Positions 13,462 to 24,906 of a stretch of DNA of 64,000 nucleotides are shown piece after piece. Below the pieces are notes generated by a model. It was not told where the DNA came from. It saw only the letters and a list, made by a program, of their open reading frames with translations, and did not search any database. Origin of the DNA: Eledone cirrhosa (Eukaryota). The position numbers and the translations under genes were made by a program. The stretch's first letter is position 1. Each line of letters begins with the position of its first letter. The DNA is taken from NCBI GenBank assembly GCA_964016885.1, contig OZ024743.1, positions 286,998,001-287,062,000 on the forward strand, given 5' to 3'.

Positions 13462-13725
13462 GGATGGATGACTGTAACGAAGCCAAATCAACTCTAGTGA
13501 TTCATTTTAGCCTTTCAGAATAGAGTGTCTGATCTCTTCAATAGCTTCAAGATGAGTGAGGTGGAATGGGTGAAGAGGGAACGGGAGGTAATGGGTGGCT
13601 TAGAGATAGATAGAGAGAGGGTAGCCATCATAGAGAGAGAGATAGAGAGGGGGTAGCCATCATAGAGAGAGGGTCGCCGCATGGCAAAGTAGCCGATAGA
13701 ATACCGCATGGCAAAGTAGCCGATG
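13462..13725 (-). repeat. Direct duplicate of the RTE 5' UTR segment 12868-13132
   Basis: About 260 bp near-identical, from ggatgactg.aacgaagccaaatc to ccgcatggcaaagtagccgat. Confidence 0.9.
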
Positions 13726-13901
13726 AGCTGAAAAAAGTTGCTGGCTAAACATTGGTCCTATGACTTTATCTGATTATAATTCTCACTATATTAAACCACA
13801 CTCCTCAATTTGCCGGAAATAGCAGTAACATTTCCATCAAATCCACCCTACAATCTTTAAAATAAGAATTGGAGAATGCATTGGGTTGTGTAGTCTTCAT
13901 A

Positions 13902-14250
13902 ATCATCATCATCATCACTGTTTTACGTCCATTCTTCCACGCTAGCATGGGTTAGACACGTTGTCCTGTTGTGGGCAATGCCAGATCAAGTGGCCAAGTT
14001 TTGCTCATACAGACCTGATTTTGGCTCGATTTCTGCAGCTGGATGCCCTTCTTAACACCAACGACATTTACAGTGAGTATTGGTTGCTTTTTTTACCATG
14101 ACACCTACACGACCACGTTACAGTGTGGACTGCATGCTTTTTGTCGTGACACCTACACGACCACTTTATAGTGGGAGGGGGTGAGGGCATACTGTCTATA
14201 TGCTTCAGCTTCAGCTTGTACCTGTGGGAAGTCGGGTCTTCTGTATTATA
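13902..14250 (-). mobile_element. RTE family 1 3' UTR fragment
   Basis: Colinear with 9157-9500, including the (CAT)n tail. Confidence 0.85.
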
Positions 14251-14489
14251 TCTAAAAATGTTAGATAAGGCTGGAACACCTACACAATAAACTACATTCT
14301 TTACTATATCTTACATTATTGAATAACACACCTGATCATGTTATACCTCACTTTTGTTGTATTAAGCTACACTCCACCAGATATAAACCAGGTTCTTCAC
14401 CATATTAGCCACACTCCATATACTGATTTCTAATTTAAACACAAGGCCAGCAAATTTGATTAAATCAACTCCACTATTTGATGGTACTC

Positions 14490-14878
14490 AATTCGGTATT
14501 CATGCCAACCTTTACCTGTGGTCATGAATCTTGGGTAATAACCGAAAGAATATGATCACGAATACAAGCAGCCGAAATGGGGTTCCTCTGTAGGGTCTTA
14601 ATAGAGGGCGTAGCTCAGAGATCAGAGAGTCACTACAGAGAACCACTACTTCTCTGAATTGAGAGATCACAGCTCTCATACTATGGGCATGTGGTTAGAA
14701 TGTCTTAGGAAAGAATCACTGGACAGATTTTACAGGCAAAACCAACTGGTAGAAGACCCATGAGTAGACCCCAAGCAAGATGGTTGGATAAAATCCATGA
14801 GTTGGCAGAAGAAGAAGAAGAAGAAGAAGAAGAAGAAGAAGAAGAAGGAGGAGGAGGAGGAGGAGGAGGAGGAGGAGA
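14490..14878 (+). mobile_element. RTE family 2 3' fragment with (GAA)n(GGA)n tail
   Basis: Matches 7780-8010 (ggtcatgaatcttgggtaat, gagatcacagctc, ccccaagcaagatgg). Confidence 0.8.
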
Positions 14879-15690
14879 TATCCTATATAATAATTGTTTC
14901 TACTTTAGGCACAAGGCCAGCAATTACCCAGTGCATTATATAATAATGATGATATCCTTGATATTGATGATATCGTTTATGATATAGATGATATCTTTTA
15001 TGATATTGATATCCTTTCTAATGTTAGTGATATCCTTTATAATATTAATGATATCCTTTATAATATTGGTGATATATTTTATAATATTGATGATATCCTT
15101 TATAATGTTGATGATATCCTATATAATAATGATGATATCCTTTATGATTGGTGATATTATATTATATTATATCCTTTATGACATTGGTGATATCTTTTAT
15201 AATATTTGTTTCTACGTTAGGCACAAGGCCAGCAATTACCCAGTGTATTACTAGTACTTTATTTTATCGACCCCGTAAGGATGAAAGGCAAAGTTAACCT
15301 CGGCGGGATTTGAACTCAGAATGGCAAGGGCCGTAACTCTATGCGTCAAAGCATGGCGTCCGACCCTCTACCGATACTGCCAATCCACTATTGATATCCT
15401 TTATAATAATATTGGTGATATCCTTTATAATATTGATAATATCATTTATTATATTAGTGATATCCTTTATAATATTTATATCCTTTATGATTATGATATC
15501 CTTTATTATATTAGTGATATTCTTTATTATATCGTTGATATCCTTTATGATATTGATATCTTTTATGATATTGATATCCTTTATGATATTAGTGATATCC
15601 TTTATTATATTAGTGATATCCTTTATAATATTGATGATATCCTTTATGATATTAGTGATGCACTTTATTATATTAGTGATATTTATGATT
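14876..15690. repeat. AT-rich minisatellite (18-21 bp GATATCCTTTATAATATT-type units) with embedded family A SINE pieces
   Basis: Dozens of gatatccttt(a/g)t units; SINE sequence at ~14890-14940 and 15205-15390. Confidence 0.9.
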
Positions 15691-18291
15691 TTCTGGGTTT
15701 TCTGGATTTTCTGGGAGATCTCTGAACTGTGAGAAAAAACTAAATTGTTTATGCCAGTTTTAGATGAACTTTCTTGTTCACTGCATAATTTTGATCATTT
15801 AAAGATAGAACAAATTTCAGTGACAAATAAGAATGAATATTGAGTTGCCAATATTTAATGAGATACACCGGTCACTATGGTAACCAATTAACAACCACCA
15901 TGTCCAGCACACATTTTATTTTTCCATCTCATCCCTTGCATTATTCATAGATTCATTTGAAGGCACTTAACATATGGAGAACTTGATCTGAACTTCTGAC
16001 TTGATTAATACGCTTAGATATTTGAATGTAGAGGCTTTTTTGTTTTGTTTGGTTTTTTTCAGCAGGTCACCATCACAATCATTGTTCTCAATTTAGAAGA
16101 ATGCATACTGGAATAACAAGAGTTCAAATTTCTAAGCTACCTTGTGTTCATAGAAAATGTTTTTAATGAATCTATAATGCTTTTTTCTTTTACACTTTTA
16201 TACGACTTGATGTGGTGCATTGACTTTGTTTCATTTTAAACATAATTTTGTCGCTCTATTAATAGTTGTATTGCAGCAGTGTTATTTTGAAATTAAGCTC
16301 TCAAGCTGAAAAATGTTGATATGACTCTCATATTGTAAATGTAGACAAGGTACATTGCTATATTTGCCTTCATTATCCAAGTTAAATCAACACATCTCCC
16401 ATTATATGTATGACTGGATGGGAAATATCCAGGAACACCCATTGCATGAAAAACAAGTAGTAAAGTAGATGCTAGCTTGTATAATGTTGTGAACCAACAA
16501 GCTTTTATTAATTAAAATTGCACTTGTAGTGAGAAAAAATAAATATCTCAATGAATAATGCAGGTTAAGATGAACGAAAAAGATAACACTGGAATTTAAA
16601 TGAATCATAATTACTTGAAAAAGAATGCACTTGGGAGTGATTCTCTCATATCACAAAAAATCTGGATTGGGTGCTTTTTGTTATAGTACCATCACTAATG
16701 TCTTACAGGGTGAACTGGGTGCTTTTGCGTGTGCCTATTTCTCTCTCTCTCTACCCCTCTCTCTCTCTCTCACTCTCTCTCCCTCTCTCTCTCTCTCGCT
16801 CTTAAAACAAAGGGGTTTTAAATCAGGGATCAGTTTCAGGTGATTTGGTTATCAAAAGAGTCAATTAAAATACAATTAATTGTTTTTGTTGAAAATGTGA
16901 GTTAATGAAAGTTTGATATTGAGAAAGTAAATTATATTATTAATTCCTTTCTAAATTTTTGATTATTTTCAAAATTTTGAAAATTATAGGGGACAGTGCC
17001 TTTCGGGAGAAATATGGAAATGAAAGGATTAAAGTTCTTATTTTTATCTAAAGAAAATTTATATCTTAGTCACATGGGCTTAAATTTAGGAAAAGGATTT
17101 ACGTATTTCACTGGTATTCTGTTTTATCGACCTTGGAGAGATAAAGTTCAAACGTCAACCTTGGTGATATCTGAAAGTATAACATGCATGGGTGCAAACA
17201 TTGTTGTGTTGTTAAGATGTTTGCTTTTCAACTACATGGGTTTCCTTCAATCCCCACTGTACATTACCTTGGTAAGGTGTCTTTACTAAAGCTACAAATT
17301 AACCAGAGAAATCTGATTAGCGAAAAGTGTGTGGAAGCATGTTGGTGAAACTGCTCCTGTTTCTGAGTAATATATTTATTTATTTTCTTGGTTGCTATTG
17401 AGTACCTTTAGCAGAGTTCATTCTGTTTGAAGCCTTTTGGTGAATCTCCAATAAAAACAACTACTTCCCTTCTTCCTACCAATCCCATAGGCTCTGAAAG
17501 AGGTAATGAGGTGCTGTCCTTCCACTCAGACTAAGCTATTTAAAAATAACTGGACAGATATCTGTTAATTCACAATGATATACAAACTCTATTTTCACAA
17601 TATTATGCAATCCCCATTTTGTTTGGTGGTAGAAAACTCCCTGGAGAAAGGTCTTCACTTCACCCCACCCTGCAAGTGATAGGCAGTCTTTATTATCATT
17701 ATGACATGAAATTTTTAGTTGTTGCACTGCAGTGGTAAACTTCTAAAGAATCATGTTCGCTTCTTGTTTTATATATTTCAATTAATTCTCTCCTGAAGAA
17801 TAGTGAGTGAGAGAATTGATAAAACAAAATAATTTTTGGTATTTAGTTACATCTCTTTATGTTCTAGATTCTATTTATGGCAATATGGGATCAATAAAAT
17901 AAATATCAGTCATCTATATGTGTCTACTTAATTGCCCAAGCACTTCCCCCAAATATTGAGCCCTTACACCAAAGTTAGAAATCATTATGGTGTGTAGCTT
18001 TATAGTATAAAGTCTTCATATATTCTTTATATATAGCACTTATCATGACCCAGCCCAGAAACCAAATGTCAGATTCTTACCAGAATTCCCAATTACTATC
18101 TCCATCAAATGTACCCAAACAGAAAGCACATGGAAGATTTCAGACACCTCTTGATATTGAGTAGTTTCTTCAGATGAAAGAGAGTCAGCAGTTTGATTAA
18201 ATCAATCATCATGACATCTGTTATTCTATTTGAACACAAGGCTTTAGTTTGGGGAGTAGAAAGAAAGTTAGGTCAGTCACCACTGACTAGC

Positions 18292-18650
18292 TACTTTCAG
18301 GTCTTGAATAATCGCCTCCCCCACTTATTAATTTTTCAGATTCGACCCCCCCCCCCCTCTTTCCTCTAGTAAATTTTGCTAAACTATCTATGGCGAAATT
18401 TTATTGTAAGTGATTCATACTGATACAGCAGCTGGAGAATCTAATAATAATTTTATTTTACATTAAAAAATCATTACATATGACAAAAAAAGAACATTAC
18501 AAGAAATCTCATGATTACGAACGTACACTATACAATTACCTATCCCCCCCCCCCCCATTTATTCAACGCCCCTGCTTATAAGAATTTCAGCAAATGTCCA
18601 ACCATCCCAGCCTATTCCAACCCCCTGCCTATTCCATTCCCACCCAAGTA
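18292..18650. mobile_element. Possible decayed non-autonomous DNA transposon (MITE-like)
   Basis: Starts TACTTTCAGGTCTTGAATAA and ends CCCACCCAAGTA, with repeated C-run + TTATT subterminal motifs; termini are degenerate. Confidence 0.35.
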
Positions 18651-19377
18651 AATGAGTGGTGTTTTATGACAGTTAATTGCAGTTGATAGTTGAAGTTGCT
18701 CTGCAACAATTTTGCTTTTTTAAAGGTGAAGGCATTTTAAGGCTAATTTGAAGATGCTGATTCTAAATATGACAGCAGGTTTTCTATAATATGTAACTGT
18801 CAACCCTAATTGCCAAGCATCATAGGCCAGAAATGTGAAATAGCCCATTTTGTTGGCATTTTATGAAAATTACCACTCATAGTGGTCCATTTCAAACAAG
18901 TCTGCCCACTTCAAATTGAAGTAGTACATACAATAATATTACAGTGATAGACTCAGAGAACAAGACAGCAAAGATTTAAGCAAATAATAAAAATAGATGC
19001 CAACACTCCCATAAGTATAAGGTATAATGTAGTGCAAGGAAACGTTTTCCAGATTAATTCTCTGAAACTATAGAAAGTATTTGGCATAGGTTCTTAAGAC
19101 AGAGAAAGTATCTACTGACACTTGTTATTTGGTGAAAAATATAAAGCAGACCAGCTCCTCATAAATAATCGCCTTTACATTTTTAAAGTGTATGGGACAA
19201 AGAATAGTTTGGCAGTTATATTTTCTTAGACAGTCTTCCTAGGCTGGTTGGTATACAAAACTAAACTATTTGACCGCAGACATGTGCCTTCATGTTTATT
19301 TTAACATTAGTTTGTGGTATTTTCACATACTTAAATCCAATGAAAATAAAGTTTTATGATATAATTCAGATGTACCG

Positions 19378-19521
19378 GAACCCCGTACAGTCGAGCTCCT
19401 CCACAAGATCGCAACGTTGGCGGCCTGTCTGAGGAAGGAGCCCCGCAAGGTGGGGTGGCTGTTGCAGGGGGTATCATTGGCCATTGTCTATGGGAATACT
19501 TTTGCGGTCTTGTCCTCGTAG
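19378..19521 (+). mobile_element. C-terminal fragment of a restriction-like-endonuclease non-LTR element (CRE-like)
   Basis: GC-rich island translating PRTVELLHKIATLAACLRKEPRKVGWLLQGVSLAIVYGNTFAVLSS*, resembling the WLxQRxSxAIxRGNAxxVL terminus of CRE-clade ORFs. Confidence 0.55.
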
Positions 19522-21046
19522 AACAGCACTTTACCACTGTGCCCTAGGCCCAGAGCCCATGTGGTTAGTACTAGTGCCTTGACTTCACTCTCACATGCAG
19601 CAATGCTTCAAGTGTGTTGGGTTGCTTCAAAAATTATAAGAGGGAAACCCCAGTTCCCCCTTGTTATGGTGTGTAATTGGATGTTTATGACTTCTCTCAT
19701 TTTGTTTTTTGTTTTTTTCTTGAAAAGGCAAAGGTGAAGTTTACGTCAGGATTTGATTTCAGAGTGCTGAGAGACTGGAAGAGATATCTCTAGACATTTT
19801 GTCTTTTGCTCTAATGATTCTGTTAATTTGCCATGTATGGTACACTGAGCAAAATATCCATATAATAAATTCTTATTGGCCTATTATTGTCAATGTTTCA
19901 CAGCAGAGCTATCACTGATGGTTGTAATTGTAATTCCTAGAAATATTTCTCAGTTAAAACTGTTCACAAGATTCAGTTACAAGAAAGTAGTATGGAAGTA
20001 AAGTGTAGTATGAAACAAAACTAAATGGAAGGTAATGTGAGAACGTTTAGCCATTAATTTGCCTGGGTCAAATAAAAGATAGCAATTATATTGTTGCTCA
20101 AAAGGATGAGGAAATATTTTCGGAATTGTGCTGGATTCATTCATCATATGAGGATCATATTTATGATATAAAAATAATTGTTTCTACTTTAGGCACAAGG
20201 CCAGCAATTACCCAGTGCATTACTGGTACTTTATATAATTAAATGCTTCCTTGATCTTTTAAGTAAATTTCTGAGAGGTACTTAACCTTTCTCATTTTCC
20301 AAACAAAATACTGATCTGCCTGTTTGAGAGAGAGAGAGAGAGATGTACAGACACCAACCAGCAAACACAAACATTCACACTCCCTCACACCTACATACAC
20401 ACATATATAGAAGCAAAGAGTAGCACACACACACACACACATTCATATATATAGATATGTGGGTGTATGTAGCTCATAGGTAACTTTAGTCTTGGGATTA
20501 ATTAAACCAGTCATATATTACAGGACTCAATATGAGGAAAGTAGAGCAGTTAACTTAACTTTTAGGTGTTATACAGAAGTACTTTTATTTATTTCTCTCT
20601 TTGTGTGTGTGTGTGGGGGGGGGGGGGGTATGCATGTGTGTGTGTGATGATTTATGTGAATATCTTCAAACCTATATATACTATCTATTCTTGAGAAATC
20701 ATAAGAAAGTAAAAATAAGTATGTGCATGTTTGATAAGTCATTAGGTCTGAAATGATGTGTTGAAACCAAGATAATTGCATAATGGTAGAGTAATGATGA
20801 TTTCTAGCATTTTCACATTTTGATAAAATTGGCCTCAGTGTATATCTGGTATTTTATTCTATTGATCCCAGAAAAATAAAATACAAAGTTGACTATAGCA
20901 AGATTTGGCTTCAGCACATATTGATCCAAAGCTGAATACTCTAAGGTATTTTTTGGACTTCTAAAGATTCTATCAATCCACTGCCTTTTGATAAAGTAAT
21001 ATTAGTGAATTAAAACATACTGCAAGCAGGGAAAAACAGACGTAAA

Positions 21047-21081
<35 letters not shown>

Positions 21082-21572
21082 AATACATTGTTATATTCAA
21101 TTCTTCTTATTATTATTCATCATTTAATGTCTGTTTACTCTGCTAGCAAAGGTTGGAGAGGTCATCACAGACCAAGTCAGTGCCTAAATGGAGTTAGTGA
21201 TCTCTCAGATGAGCTGCAATCTCATCTCACTTATAGTCCTGCCTTCCTCAGGATTCACCATGCATTTTATCATGACACCAGCATGAGACAGGTTATGTCT
21301 TTGAAAAATTATTAAATTTCTGACAATAATATGCAACATAAATTATTAAAGTCCTTCTTCATACATTTATGACATGATCACTAATATTAAAAATTTAATA
21401 CTAATATCACAACGAACTAGAATATCGCTGTCATGTATTAAATGTATGTCTTTGGACAACTATTGTATAAAATTAATAATAAGGCAGTTATGTAAACAAA
21501 AGTGTATCTGTGTTTTTGAATGGATAATATGATCCTACAGGAATGAAAAATAGGTTAGGTTTCAAATGGAGT

Positions 21573-21674
21573 TCATGTGCGAAAATGAACAAGACTCTGT
21601 AGAGCATGAAAAAATATCTCATCACTTTGAAAATGTTGCCCAGTTTCATATTTGAAATCCCTAAAAACCCATAT

Positions 21675-21705
<31 letters not shown>

Positions 21706-21829
21706 GTAGAGTCATTATTTTACTTAGCACAGATGTACCAACATCTTATGCACTTACAGTTCACCCTTGTTACTTAAAGGGTTCCTCTAAATATGGTCAT
21801 GAATGTTTGAATATTCAAGATAAGTTGTC
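21573..21829 (-). other. Candidate two-exon end of a spliced host locus (exons 21829-21758 and 21660-21573); coding status uncertain
   Basis: Acceptor cccatttaaacag, donor gtaagt, 97-nt intron with T-rich tract ending tttttag. Joined frame TTYLEYSNIHDHI*RNPLSNKGELDFKYETGQHFQSDEIFFHALQSLVHFRT*. Confidence 0.35.
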
Positions 21830-22099
21830 CTGTTTAAATGGGAAAAACACTAGTAAAAGCTAAATCTGAGGAGGCAATACTGAAGATATATTATAAATAT
21901 ATTGTAATAAGTAGGAAGACTTGAGATAAGGTGATATAAGTTGACATTGCACAATTGCAATCCTCAAAGGATTGAGAATATCTGGCATATACAGTAATAC
22001 AGAAGACCCACCTTCCCATATGCATGGGCTGAAGCATACAGGTTGAAGCATACCCTCTCTCCTCCTTCCATACACTTCCCATGCCCTAACACTCTACCT

Positions 22100-22595
22100 A
22101 TATCCTAATCACACCACACCATTACACCCTTGCCCCAGTCCACCTTCCCTTCCCCACCTCCCATGTCTTAACACTCCACCCTTTACCCACATCCCTACAC
22201 CCCACCCTTCACCAGATAAGTGTCCCCACCATAGATCTGTCTCTCCAGTACCCTCACACCTCTCCCTCCCTATCCCCCAGTACAAAGTGGTCATTTTGTT
22301 GCCACAACAAAAAGTGTCCAGTCCACACTGTAAAGTGCCATGCTGGTGACATGACAAAAAGCGCCCAGTCCATACTGTTAAGTGGTCGTGTTGGTGTCAA
22401 CACGATAAAAAGCACCCAGTACACACAGTAAAGTGGATGGTGTTAAGAAGGGGACCCAGCCATAGAAACCAAGCTAAAATCAGTTCTGTATGAGCAAGTC
22501 ATAGTCATCTGATTTGGCTTGTCTCACAATGGGACAACTCTCCTAGCCATGTTAGCTTGGAAAAAATAGATGATAAATGGTGATGATGATGATGA
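22100..22595 (+). mobile_element. RTE-type 3' UTR fragment with (GAT)n tail
   Basis: ccagtccacactgtaaagtg repeats, gcccagccatagaaacc-like motif, tgatgatgatgatg tail. Confidence 0.75.
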
Positions 22596-23001
22596 AGGAT
22601 ACACCTCAGGAAACTTGAAACAGTGGCTAGGCATGTCTTGTTTTAATCAAATGAGATGCACACAACTATAACATATTTATTTATGTTATTCGTAATGTTA
22701 TAGCTACTCCAGTAAGAGAGATAATGTCACTTCTCAGACACAGTCAATGTATCCTGAATTAAATATTCATGTGTATATTACCAAATAACACATGCACAAG
22801 GGATAAGGTTTATGTAATACAGTATTTTAAGCCACTATTCAAAGAAAGAGATATTACTGAAGGTAGCAACACTGAATTAACATTTTAAGAATGCTAACAA
22901 GAAATATTGCAATTCTACAGATATCAGAGAAAAGAATTGTCTAATTTTTGTACTAATATATATATATATATCATCATCATCATCATCATATATATATATA
23001 T

Positions 23002-23317
23002 ATAAGTTGAGCCAACTTATGCAGCTTCATATGCAAATGAGATTAATCACCTCATTTACACAGACGAGAAAACTATATATTCTCGACTGTTTTCAAGTCC
23101 AGCAGTAGCAAGCGGTGGGAGGGACCATCCTGAAGAAGGCCAGTCAAGCCTGAAATGCATAGACGGTTGTCCCCCTTGCTTCTGCTGAACACCACCAGAG
23201 GACATTAGCCCTCAGTGTTTGCATAGCTACGGCTTCCTAAAACCGTGTTTCTTTAGAAATACGAAATTTCTATACATTTTTTAATAAAGCTATGCTTGAA
23301 GCGAAATCTTATTTCTG
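23002..23317 (+). mobile_element. Short non-coding hammerhead-containing element inserted in (TA)n
   Basis: Flanked on both sides by (TA)n; hammerhead core inside; a related diverged copy lies on the minus strand at ~42830-43050. Confidence 0.65.
23121..23173 (+). ncRNA. Type I hammerhead ribozyme (minimal)
   Basis: ACCATC-CTGAAGA-AGGC cagtcaa GCCT-GAAA-TGCA-TA-GACGGT: intact core, 4-bp stem II, palindromic stem III, AUA site. Confidence 0.75.
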
Positions 23318-23397
<80 letters not shown>

Positions 23398-23399
23398 GT

Positions 23400-23990
23400 A
23401 TCACTCTGTAAAGTGGCTGCGATGGTGACACGGCAAAAAGTGCCCAGCCCACTCTGTAAAATGGTCGTGTAGGTGTCACGACAAAAAGCACCCAGTACTC
23501 ACTGTAAATTGGGGTTGACATTGGGAAGGCATCCAGCTACAGAACCAGACCAGTATGAATAATACATGGTCACCTGACCTAGGATTGCTCACGACAGGAC
23601 AATCCTGCCTAACCCATGCTAGCCTGGAAAATGGATGTAAAGATAGAGGTGATGATATGTGCTTATATACACAAATATGTATATATAGACCATGTGTGTA
23701 TATATGTATATAACATCCAGCCCACACTGTAAAGTGATTGTGTAGGTGTCACAACAAAAAGCAGCCAGCCCACACTGTTAAGTGGACATGTAAAAGACAC
23801 GGCAAAAAGCACCCAGCACACACTGTCAATGTGGTTGATGTTAGGAAGGGCATCCAGTCGTAGAAAACCAGCCAGAAACACTCCTTTATGAGCAAGACAT
23901 GGTCACCCAACCCAACTTGCCTCTGAATGGGACAAACCTGTCTAACCCATGCTAGCGTGCAAGATAGACGTTAATCGATGATGATGATGA
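23400..23990 (+). mobile_element. Two tandem RTE-type 3' end fragments
   Basis: Each has cactgtaaagtgg repeats, ggaaggcatccag and aacccatgctagc, ending in a gatgat tail (ends ~23657 and ~23990). Confidence 0.8.
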
Positions 23991-24114
23991 AGGTATATAT
24001 ATATATATATATATGTTAGGTAATTCCGAAGGAAAAGAAAAGGAAAAAAGAGTGCTCTATGTACAGAACAGAGCTATTTAATTAGAAATTGAATAACACA
24101 AAATAAAACTACTC

Positions 24115-24190
24115 CATTACCAAAGGTTTCTGGATCACAGACGATAATAATATACGTCTGGATTGGTCGTCAGACAGCGATATTATAGAT
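24115..24190 (-). ncRNA. Hammerhead-like motif in the inverted pLTR
   Basis: CTGACGA-CCAATCCAGACG..CGTCTGTGATCCA-GAAA-CCTTTGG-TA. Core intact; stem I and the base of stem II degenerate. Confidence 0.55.
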
Positions 24191-24906
24191 AAAAGATATG
24201 AAATGAGATTTAAAATCTGTTAAAAATTTGTTAGAAATTGGAAGTGAGGCTGGAAAAATAACGGGAAATATACTTAAGAAAAGAAGGGTAGGAAGAATAA
24301 AAAAAAAATATAGCAATATAGAAAAAGACATATGTGTACATACATGTAGAAATGAGATGATAGGGACTGGGGTCCATATCATTCCACTGCAAAGTGGTTG
24401 TGGAGGTGCCACAGCAAAAAAGCACCCAGCACTCACTGTAAATGAGGTTGGTGTTAGGAAGGGCATCCAGCTGTAGAAATCAAGCCAGAATCAGTTCCCG
24501 TCCCACCCTTGCAAGCAGGGAAAAAGTGGACGTAAAATGAAATGAATGAATATATACACACACATACACACATTCAGATAAAAGGAAAATATATATATAT
24601 GTATATATACATACATGTATATATACACATATATATATATATACAAACATACATGTCCATGGACATACACATATATAGTGTTTAAAGTAAGAGAGAGTGT
24701 TCAAGGTATAATATATAGTAAGTGTTGAATGTGTGAAAAGGAGCTCGTTCAAGGTGGGTAAGTCTCCAAAATGGTGTTTTGATACCGAGAAAGGAGGTGA
24801 GTTCTTATATGTGGGCAAATTTTAAATATCTCAGAATTAGAGTTAAAACAAGTGTTAGATTTCAGATTTTGTAGAATTCTTAAAGGAAATTTACCAGCAC
24901 TAACTA

